A stretch of DNA of 64,000 nucleotides from Antechinus flavipes (lineage: Eukaryota), in contig NC_067399.1 in the NCBI RefSeq assembly GCF_016432865.1, positions 453,902,001 through 453,966,000 on the forward strand, in the 5' to 3' direction. Position 1 is the first letter of the stretch; the number at the start of each line of letters is the position of its first letter. Made by a program: the position numbers and the translations under genes. Of the stretch, positions 26,201 through 38,200 are shown piece after piece. Below the pieces are notes generated by a model, which was not told the DNA's origin, searched no databases, and worked only from the letters and a program-made list of their open reading frames with translations.

Positions 26201-29200
26201 TCCAAGCTGTTGCCAAAACCTGTAGATTTCACCTTTGAAGCATCTCCTGAACAGCTCCTTTCTCCTACTACTGCCACTATTTAATACAGAGCCATATCAT
26301 TTCAAACTTGGAGTACTGCAATAGCTTGTTGGTAGGTCTGCCTGACTCAGGTTTCTCCTCATTCCAATCTGTCCTCCATGGAGCCACTCAAGTAATTTTC
26401 CTAACGCTCAGGTCTGGGTGTGTTGCCCTGTCCTGCTCCCCTACTCAATAAACTCCAGCAGCTCCCTAGAATCAAATATAAAATAATAGCATCCAAAATC
26501 CTTTACATCTATCCATTTCCAATTTTCTAGTCTTCTTATACCATACTCTTCTACCATGTATTTTTCATCCAGAGATCCTGCCCTCCTTACTATTCCATGA
26601 ATAAGACAGTTTCATGTCTTGGATTTCAGCATTTTTTTCTGGCTGTCCTCCATTCCTGGAATACTTTCTCTTCTCTGCTCTAACTACTAACTTCCCTAGC
26701 TTCTTTTAAGTCTCAACTAAAATCCCATTTTTAATAAGATGCCCTTGCTAACCTCTCATTTCTAGGGCCTTCCCTCAAAATTATTTACAATTTATTGTGT
26801 ATAAAGCTTGTTTGTATTTGTTTGCATGTTGTTCCCTGCTCCCCATTAGTATGTGAGCTCCTTGAGGGTAAGGACTGTCATTGAATTCCTTTTGCATCCT
26901 TAGCACTTAGCATGGTACCTGGTGCATATTAATTTATTAATTATTCATTATATTATTTTAATTAATTTATCATTAATTTAAATCATTTATTTATATATCT
27001 ATGTATTATTTATATATTTATTAATCAACTTACTACTTGTCTATATTTAGAATCTACTCTCTTTGCCCCTATGACTAGTTTCAAGGTTGCTGTATCAGAC
27101 TTCCACTTAATATTAGAACTAGAAGACCTTAGAGATTACTTAATTCAAACTTCTAATTTATAGAGAAAGAAACTGTGGCAAATGATTTATCTAAGGTCAT
27201 AAATAGTCTCCCTACAGACGGACTAATCAGAATCTTTCTACCCAAGCCCAACCTCTCTTCTGCTCTTTTTGAAGAACTTGACTATGGCTTGGTGGCAAAG
27301 TAGGTAGATAGAATTTTTACCCCCTCCCCCCCAAAAAAAGTTACTTTTTGTAACTGATTCAATCAGAATTCATTCAAACTCTCAAAGGGATGTCGCCCAT
27401 AACATGCAAGGTATCATTAGACATGATATTTTGGTTGTGGAACAATATAAATTAGATGGAAAGAAAGGGCTCCAGGTGGATTTATGAAGAAGTCGAAATG
27501 GTTAACCTTATATATCTTTAGGTAAGATGCCTGAGGAAAAACTCCAATGATTATACAAATACAGGCTGTGGAATTGCCTTACAGAAGAATGGATACATAA
27601 GAAAAAAGCCAGATATCCATCACCACCACCACCCTTGTGTACAAAGGCTGCTGCTGCCTACCCTCTGCGGATAGACTCCAGAAACTGGGCATTAGATGGG
27701 TCTTGGTAGCTTCTCAGCTCACCACTGTCCAGGCTGAATCCACTCTTCCAGAGCTTCAATACTATATGCACCTGGAATTATAAGAAGACAGCACATTTAG
27801 AATAATTCAGCAGTAAGCCAAATAGCTTATTCAAATGACTAATTTCCATACTAAAAATTTAAACTCAAAATCTGCCAAAATTATCTTTTACTCCCAGAGC
27901 TTTCACAATCACCCTACTCGTAAGTGCCTAACACTAGTTTCATTCAGTTCTCTTATCTTTCTATCTCACCAGAGCTCCAACTATCCTTCCTAGACCAAAA
28001 TAACTTGAGTTGAAAGGGTCTTTAGAAATACTTGAACCTAAATGTTTTATTTTTTTCAGATGAGGAAATGGAGGGCTAGAAAAATGAAGGCTCACCAAGG
28101 ATTACATAAAGAAGAAACAACAGAGCTGAGACTAGCATCCAGATATTAACCTTCCAGGTCATTCCCCTTCTTTCTTCAAGAATTTCACTACACAACCATC
28201 TACAATCTCCCTTCTCCAACAAGACTGTCCTCTCCAAAGCTATCAATGATCTTAAAATCATTAAATCTCACGGTTTCCATCCCCCGCCTCCCCCCTCATC
28301 CTTTTTGATCTCTTGTCAGATACTTCTTCCTCCTTAGGTTTTTGGAACTGTTTTTTGGTTTTCCTTGTCTGTCTTCCCCTCCTACTCGTCTCTTTTGCTG
28401 AGTCATCAAAAATATTATACTATTTATCTGTGGACGTCCATAAAAGCTCTGTCCTGGGTCTTCTTGTTTCTCTACACATTCTTCTTCAAGTGATCTCAGA
28501 AATTCCTATGGGATTAACTTATCATCTCTACCCAGATCTATATATCCATTCTTCCTGAGCTCCAGTCTTCCCTCACCAACTATCCACTGGAATTTTCAAA
28601 CTGGTTGTCTAGTATTCATTTTAAACACAGCATGTTCAAAACTGAACTCATTTTCTTTGATTTTACCACCTTCACCTCCTCCCAAACTTCCCTATTGTTA
28701 ATGAGGGCACCACTCTTGTTCTATTTAACCAGATATGACCTCAGTTATCACTATTGACTTACACTCACTCCATATCTCCACTCAGTTGCTAAATCTTATT
28801 GTTTCTATCTTTACCACATTGCTGGATGTGAGTCAGGAATACCTGAGTTTAAAGCCAGACACTAGCTGTGTAATCCTGGGCAAATTATTTAAGCTTTTTG
28901 AGTCTCAGTTTCCTCAACTGTAAAACAGGGAATAACAAAAGTACCTTTTTCCCAGAGAAATTTTGACAATTAAATAAGATATACAGGTAATACACTTTGT
29001 AAACGTTAAAGCACTATGTAAATACTAGCTATTATTATCACCACATCTTTATCTCCTGCCCATCTCTTTCTACTCATTCTATGATTTAAGCCCTCGTCTC
29101 CTTTCACCTGAATTATTTCTTTCAAATTGGTTTCCTTGTCTCAAGTCTCTCCTTGGCACATTGTATTTTTCACTCAGCTGCTAAAGTGCTCTTCCTAAAA

Positions 29201-32200
29201 TACAGGTCTAATCATGTCACTCCCCTGTTTAATAAACTGAAGTGGCTTTCCATTACCTTAAAGCATAAAACAAAACAGTTTATGTGACATTAAATTCTTT
29301 CACAACTTGGTCCCAATCTACCTTTCCAGTCTTATTATACATTACTATATTCCCTACACAATGTACTACAAATTTGCCTTCTTCTTTTTTCCTCTTCCAT
29401 GATACTCCATTTCCCTCCTATGTGCCTTTGCATAGGTTGTATGTGTCACATGTCTGTTAGGAGAGAACTTACTTCTTAACCTGGGCTCTCGAAATCCCTA
29501 ATTTCCTTCAAGGTTCAGTGCAGGTGCTACTTTCTACAACAGACTCTACTTGATTTTCACTGCTATCAGTGCTTTCTCCTCAAATTATTTCTACACACAT
29601 ATATACTGTCTCCCTCAGTCAGACTGTAAATTCCTCAAGGACAAAACTGTTTCATTTCTGTTTTTTATCTCCTCAGCATGCAGCACTGTGCCTGCTGTGC
29701 CTAGCATATACTAAGTGCTTAATAAATGCTTGCTGACAATTTCTCTTGTCTTCTGCTCCTTCCATGCAAATACATTAAATATCCTCTTTTCTACTATTCA
29801 TTTCATCTTCATCTTTCAACCCTATTCCTCAAATGACTCAGCCTGATAAGTTTAAAATGAGTCCTTGGAAATTTTTATTCTATTAACTCTCATTCTATAA
29901 TTCAGAAAAAGCTTCTTGTACTCCATTGCTATGTTTCCCTTCAGAGGTATCTAAATAAGAGAGAATTTCCTTCTGATAAAAAAAAAAAAAAACAAACCAT
30001 ACTGAGGGGTGTCCCTACAGAGGTGAGAAGCATACTCACATCTTGGCCAGAATATTGTCGTCTTTCTCCTGCTACGTAGGCAGACTCCTCCTCTGGGGCT
30101 GCCCCAAGACGGTATCCACCCCCTGCAAATGGCTACAAGAGATGGATAAGAATTATGAGCATAATAGGAATTATGAACAACATCTTAAACAATGGCTGGA
30201 ATTTTATTAAAGACAATGACTTAAAAGATAACTAATGTCTTTAAATATTTGACAGGCTGACATGGAGATGGGAAATCAGATATTTCAGCCAAAGAAGAGA
30301 ACTAGGTTTAATCAAAAGACAAAAGAGGAAGATCTAAGCAAGAACTTTATAACAATTAGCATGGTCTGACAACAGATTATTTATCTTATGAAATAATGGT
30401 TATTCTGTAACTTAAGGTCACAGAACCAAAGGATTTTGATCTTGGAGCAAAATAAGCTATCATTCAATTCAATCTCTTCAGGTTACAGATAAAGAAACTA
30501 AGATCCATGGAGATTAAATGACTATCCCTAAGGTTGAAAGTATTTAAGTAATAGGATCCACCATCCAAATTTAGTATTCCTTCCATTCTATCACCTTGCC
30601 TCTTTAAGCAGAGACAGGAATGTTGTTGGAAGGATTTCTTTATAAGGGAAAAAGTTGAATTATAAGCTGTTTAAGGTCCCTTCTAATTCTATGATTCTAA
30701 AACAATGCATTTTAGATGGAGGGCTGTATGTATCTTTTTCATATAGTTGTTTGAAAGCCATCTCTTCATTTGACTTTAAGATCCTTGAGAGGAGAGCCTA
30801 TTTGTGAGGCATTCTTTGCATCCCCAGTACTTAGCAAAGTATCTGGCACAGAGAAGGCACTTAATAAATGCTTACTGATTTGGCTTTTAATTTTTTTTCC
30901 AAGATGGAAAAGACAGTAACTTTTTTAAAAAGGGGGTAATTACAACAGTTAATTAGGAACAAAAAGAAAGTCACTTTTGTGGTAGAAACAGTCACTTGGG
31001 CAAATTAAATCATCTTTCTTAGCTTTCCATTTCCTCATCTGAAAACTAGGGCTAAAAAAAAATCAGCCATGCATCCCCTAGTGAACTCAGAGAATCAAGT
31101 TAGGTGAGGGACATGGAATGCTTTGCAGCTATTAAAACATGAGTTAAGTTATAGTTATTTTCAGGAAGAATTCCTTTACAAAAAGAAAACAGTGCAGAAA
31201 GCAAACATGACTGCAGCCGTCTCACTTTTGGCTTGCTACTCTCGCCAGGACTCTTGGCCATTCGATCAACAGCCACTGCTCCATGTTCCTTGGCACCTTT
31301 GAAGAGATCTTCCACCAACTCATTGGGGCTTTTCTTTCTTGGGGGGCCAACAATTTGCTGTCCACTTCTCTCTGAGCCTCCGGCATAAAACCTGCATGGA
31401 AGAAAGGCTTCTGATATTGAAGGTCTGGGATTAGATTGTGCACTGAGCTTGGAATCAACCAACCTGTTGGAGTCCCAGCTCTATCACTTACTGGCTGTGG
31501 GAAGCTTCCTTTACTTCTCTGAACCTCAAGTTCCTAAAATGGGAATATTAATCCCTTCCTTCCATAGCTACAGAACAATTATGAGGACCAAATGAACAAT
31601 GTATGGAAAGGGCCTTTGAACCATCATTATGCAAATTTAAGTTATTAATTATCCATTTGATCAATAACTTTCCAAGAGACAGCTACAGGGCTTAGTTAGC
31701 AAGGGCATATTTTGGAAACCAAATAACCACTGAGGATTAGATTCAGAACTTTTTAGCAGCTTTATATTGGTAGTGCTAAATATGGTACAGAAGAAATCGT
31801 CTGGTTATGTGAGCTTGGATAAGCCATCTCTCGCTGGGCTTCATTTTTTTCTTTAGAGAATGTCCTATCTTTCTGACAGGAATATAAAACTCAAATGAGA
31901 TAACCTAACAATAATTAACATCTAAACAAAACTTAAAGATTACAAAGCATTTTCCTCATTTTAATCCTGTGATGGAAGCACTGCATCACTCTTCTTAATC
32001 TCAGGATTGGGAGAACTGAAGCTTAAAAGTTATATGACTTAAAATTCAGACTTCTTAATTACAAAAGATATTATAAAACTGTAGAGTATGATATGAAAAT
32101 ATAATATAATCACTATATAAAGTCAGTACATAAGTCGTGGGAAACAGATCATTGTGGTAGGTACTGGGGGGAGGGAATACAAAGATAAATAAATGAAAGC

Positions 32201-35200
32201 TTTGCCTTCAATAAATGGAATTTATTAGTGTTACTCATTTTCATCCTTGCAACAACTCTGAAGCACAGGTATTGTCTTCATTTTACAGAAGAAGAAACTG
32301 AGGCTCAGAGAAGTCACACAGTAGTACATTTTTTTACCCTTATTCCCTAGGTCTGGTCAGTATGGCTAGGGGATATTAAGAAGAGAAGGGCTAAGTGAGG
32401 TTGGAGTGCATATCTTGATTTTATTTACTTCATTCTCAAAATAAGGATAATTCAGAAATTTTGGTTTTTTTTTTTTAATGGGTAAGGTTTTCTCTTGTTA
32501 TTTGCAGTACAACAAATACTTGTTAAATGACTTGAGTATACAGAGCACCATGTTAAGAAGCAACAAGGCTTATACAAGATATGATTCCTGTCCTCAAAGA
32601 GCTCATAGTCTAAATAGTCATAGTCACACAGATTAAATATACAACATCAACATTAGAGATGCAAAAAAGAAAAAAAAAGCATGATGTGAAATTGGGGCAG
32701 ATTTAGTGCAGACAGTGACATTTGAGTTTGTGCAGTACCTTGTGCCATGGCCTGGAAAGTAAAGTTGCTAGCTTGTCAGGCCAGAGCTCATTCATTCCTC
32801 TGTCCTGTTCCACTCTGTGATTCTGTCAACAGCACACAGCTGGCCAGCTACGAAAACCAGTTTTTGCCTTTGGTAATCTGAGCTGCTAAATGATTTCCCT
32901 GATTTGTTCCTTTGGTGATGAAAATGTGTGGCCAAAATCTTCAGCAGCCTAATACAAAAGCATCACTTCCCATGTGAAATATTGAGGCTACAAGGCAGGT
33001 GTCGGGATCAGAGTACTGAAATGTCTTGGGAGTAGATGGGGGAGGGGAGGAGCCATGGATTGAGGAAGGCATACTGTGTGGAAACGGACAAGGGGAATGA
33101 AATATAGGTATTGACAATCAACGTACTTTGAACTCAGAGATATCAAAGTCCTAGTATAAGCTTATTTGTTAACCAAGTTTACGACTGCTTAAGTGGGGTC
33201 AGGGAATAACACAGAGTTGGCCTCAGACAGAGACCCTTCTGATACAGATTAGTTCAAGTCTCATTTCTGAGATGTATAGCCTTAGGAAATTCACTGGATC
33301 TCTTACTTCTTCCAAGTAACAGGAGGAGCTGCAGAGGAAATGCTAAACTGGCTTCATACAAGCTATTATCCCCAGCAGATATTATCCTCCACCAATAAGA
33401 CAGCAGATCTGGTCTGGAGCGATCAGAGGATTTACGGTTGATAAGACCACCTTAGAGGTAATCTAGTTCAAACCCCGTCAACTGATAGCTGAGCAAACTG
33501 TGGCTAGAGACATTATATGACTTGCTCAAGGTCCCAAAAGTATTAATGAAGTACAATAGTAAAGGTAAGAAACAGAAGCCTTCTATCTCAATATCAATTT
33601 TCTTGCAATCCCATCATGTAACAATTAGATTCTAAAACAGATTTTTCTAACTAGTATAGTGAGAAAGGATCTAGAGGTAGGCATCAAGAGTCTTAAGATT
33701 TTAGTCCCAACACTACCAGACAAGTACCTTTCCCTCCTCTTTAGACCCCAGTTTTCTAATTTCTAAAAGGAAGAAGGTTGAACAAGATGGTCACAAGTCC
33801 CTAAAATCCCACCCATTCTTAAGGTTATGATTCTCCAGTGAACTTGTAGACCACATAGTGAATCATAAGGAGTCCCTTATGATCCAAGTCTTTCATTTGC
33901 TACCTGTATGACCATGGCCAAGACATTTAATTTCTTTCTACCTCTTCAGATCTCAGTTTCTTCACTTGTAAAATTGAGGTCTTTAGTCTTTTCCAAATCT
34001 AAAGCTATGATTTTTCATTATATTTTTCAATTAAGTAGTAACCATGGAGTTAGAATATTTCCTTAAAAGATATCATTTTGTATTCTCCTCAGTGTAAGAG
34101 AATGTTTTCTGCTCATGGTTTGGTGTTTACTGAATAAATAAACATACTAAAGTATATGAAAGGTGATATGATCAGCTCACTGCTGTATTTAAGTATAAAA
34201 ACAATTTGTTAAATATTAAATATCACACAGCTTACTGTACTGCTGAGATTAATTTCCCCCTCACTACTCCCCTCCTTCCCCCAACTAAATCCTACTCTGT
34301 GATTCAGGATGTTAACTAAACGATTCCTTTCTTCTATTTATCCTTCTATTTCTCCTTTCTTTTCTGCTTCAGCATTGTTTCTTCAGAACTGTCCCCTTTG
34401 AACCAATGAATAACATTAAGCAAGTTGTTATTCTTCTATTAAAGAAGTTCTGCTTACTAGGTTATGGAATTCCTTATAAAATTATCTCAGAACCTTGAGA
34501 AACAGGAGATTGTGACCAATGTGAAAGCAACAAAGAACTTTTTTTGGCAAAGGAGCTTATGGGGAACACAGATTGAGAAGGATTATCTAACATAATGAAT
34601 GATATTAACTGGATTACTTTATGGATGTATTAATGGGACCATATTAACTGTAGTTCTCATAATGCAAGTGTGTCCTTTTCAAAGGACTAACAGAATATTT
34701 TAATAAAGACTCACTCACCGTTGACCCTCTTCATCATCATCATCATCTTCTTGAGCATGAACAAGGTCTCTGAATGATGTCACCCTGTTGTCACTGAAGA
34801 ATCAAAAAGAGATAAAGTGATGTTCTGCACCAAAAGACACTAAGTTCCTACTTCTAGAGCAGGTGTTTTTTTTTTTTTTTGGGAGGGGAGGGTGAGAGGG
34901 ATGCAGTAGGGGTTAATTGAGACTTACCCAGGATCACACATCTAGTACGTATCTGAGGTTGGATTTAAACTCACTCTAGGGCTGTTACTCTATCCATTAT
35001 GCCACCTTAATTTGGGATATGTAATTTTTTTTTCTAAATATTTTGTTTAAAATTCTTCTAATAAAAGGTCCAAAAGCTTGACCAGACTGTGAAAGAGTTC
35101 TATGGGACACACACAAAAGTAAATTTGTGGTCTAGAGACTTATTTTAAATTAATATTATTACTAAAAATAATAATAGCAACTAATCACATTTACAAAGCA

Positions 35201-38200
35201 CTTTCTTTATAACTCTAAGAATCAGGTAGTTCAAAAATTATTATCTTCACTTCACAGATGAGGCTCAGAAGTATTGAATGACTTCCCCAGGATCACACAG
35301 CTTGTAAAGAAAAAGGGATGGGATTCAGACCCAGGATCTGACTTCCAATCCAGTGCTCTTTGCACTATAACATGTTTCCTCTAGCTGAGAGATACAATGG
35401 AGCTACCTGAAATACTTTTGTGTTATGTATCCATGTATTAATAATATCTAGGGTTAGCTCAAAAAGACAATGTGCTATGGCTGGCCTTGAAGTCAGGAAG
35501 ACATGGGTTCAAATTTCGCCCCCAATATACTGGCTGTGACAATGAGCAACTTACTTAACCTTTTAGTTTTCTAGGCTAGAGCTGTCAGAAACATGCAAGT
35601 TCACAATACTGCCAACCCATACCAGATTAAAATATAACTGGAAATTATTTAACAAAAATAAATAAAAATACAATAAAACATGGATAATGTTAATAGATTG
35701 TTTTCCTTTCTTTTCTTTCTTTCTTTTTTTTTTTTGCAAAGGCATTTGGGATTAAGAGACTTGCTCAGAATCACTCAGCTAGGAAGTGTTAAGTGTCTGA
35801 GACTAGATTTGAACTCAGGTCTCCTGACTTCAGGGCTCATGCTTTATCCACTGTGCCACCTAGTTGCCTCAATAGGTGTTTTTCTAAGTCAAAATGTGAC
35901 CCATAGGATCTTTGCATATGATTTAGTAGTCCCTATTTCTATCTGAGTTTGACATCACTGCTCCAGGCAACTCTCAAAAACTATAATTTGCATTAAAGGT
36001 GCTGAGCTAAATGAAGAAAGGGAATTACCTCACTTAAGACTTGTTTTTATCAATGAAAGGATGGTTTCCATCCTTGTCTTGTTCAAAACAATGTTACATT
36101 TTTCTCCTCAAGGGACATGAGAGAGAACCAATGAAATTTGGGGAGCAATGTTATTATCCCTTTTAAATAGGCCATCTTAATTTAAGCTCTCACAGAAGCT
36201 GGGTATATACAAGGTAAATAATTTGCTTTTAATGGGCTGGAATTATTTACTAATATATATTTTTTAAAAATACCTTAATTTAACCTCTCACAGAAGCTAG
36301 GTACATAAAATGTAAATAATTTACTTTTAATGAGCTGGAATTATTTACTAGTATATTTTTTTTAAAAAATATTCCATAAAATCACTATTAACATATATAA
36401 AACTAAACTAGATTAGTCAAAAGGGGGTTAATTCACTTTCCATAATTTTGGTGCAGTTTTCCTAGTATAAATTTGTCCTCAAATATTACTTTGAGTTTTT
36501 CAGATGGCCAAGTTACAGACAGACTATCTTTCCTTGGTATTTTGGAATAAAGAAAAAATTCAGATTCACTGTAACATAGAAAAAAGAAAAAAAAAAACAC
36601 ACAGAACAACGAGGATAGATATAAAGGAAGGAATTGTTTCACTAAAAAGAAATCTCAAACCGAATTGGAGGGGAGAGAGAGGAAAAGACCAAACATTCAC
36701 AACAATGAGTACAATTGGGAGAAAGAAATCTCTGAGGTTCCATCCTCTAGGAATAAGAGGACAATGATGGACTGAATCAGCAAGTCGATTCCCTGCCAGG
36801 GCTGGCTGAGTTCCCCAGACCTTGCATCCAAGACAATTCTAATGATCTCAATAATGATGATTCTACGACTTTTCATGAGAGATAAATTTCACTAATTTAT
36901 TTCATGATTAAGAAAGTTTTGTTAGATTTCAGTCAAACTCAAGCCCCCTTCAAAAGACTGAACAAATCTTGTGTCTGTGATGTTAAAAGTTATCCAAATA
37001 CTTTCTTTCTCTCTGAGTCATTGACTTTGGCCAATGTCTTTGTCCCTAAGTCCATCCCTCAAGATAATTTTTTTTTTTAAATTAAGAGGCTTAAAACAGT
37101 ATCTATTAAAATAAACAGAAAACCAGTCTTCAAACTGACTACTCATTCCTTCCTCAATGCCACTATCCTCCCATATTATCAATCTATATTATCTTTTATC
37201 CCAGTCATTGTGAAACTAGAAAGAATGAGAGGTCTCCATTTGTTTCATACACTTTACCACCTTTCATTCTCGAGTCTCTTGTAATTTGGGCTTGTAACCC
37301 TTAAGTACTATACTCAAAGGCTTCTCTCAAGTCACCAATGATCTCCTAATTGCTAAATGCAAAGGTCTTTCATATTCATTTTTCTATAACTTCTGATACT
37401 CTAACCATTTGGGGACTATCTCTTACCTTAGCTTGTATCAATGCTCTCTCCAGGTTCTTCTATTTCATTAACCTCCTATGCTACCTCTAAGTGGAGGCTC
37501 TTTTTTTCTTTTACAATCCCTCACTTGAGCTCAGTCATTCCAGCAGAAACAACCATCACATTGCTATGCAGATGACTCTTAATTCTATGTATGTATAGAG
37601 GAAGAAGAGAATAGAACAGAAGCTCAGGAATACTCTAGCATGACCTAAATGAAGATCCAGCAACAGAGACAGAGAAGGAATAGCCACATAGGAGAACCAA
37701 GACAGATCAGTCATGAAAACCCAGAGATAAGAGTATAAAGAGGTTAGGGGCCAGGAGTGATGAAGACTGAGGATAGGCCATTAAGTTTGGCAATTATATA
37801 ATCATTGGTAACTTTAAACAGTCTCATTTCAGTTGAATGATGAGTTTGGAACCCAGACTGCTAAGAGTTAAAAAGTAAGAGAAAAATAAAAAAGTAGAAA
37901 GACTGAATGCAGACTGCCTTCAAATCAACTTTAATCATTGGTAACTTTAAACAGTCTCATTTCAGTTGAATGATGAGTTTGGAACCCAGACTGCTAAGAG
38001 TTAAAAAATAAGAGAAAAATAAAAAAGTAGAAACACTGAATGCAGACTGCCTTCAAATCAACTTTAACAGTTACCTTCTAGTTCTACTTTCTTACAGATC
38101 ACTCCTCTTATGCCTAGAATGTATCCCTTTTTCTTAAAGTCTTCCATCTTCAAATCTTACTAAAGTCCTCTGACTCCTTCTTCCCAACACTTTCTATCTT

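Noticed and set aside
31222-31458. Alternative frame open across all of exon 4
   Set aside because: A 55-codon open frame is not rare at this composition; it is only relevant if the 13-nt exon is real.
36176-38067. Direct repeats considered as a CRISPR-like or satellite array
   Set aside because: Only two adjacent copies each and no spacers; mammalian intron.
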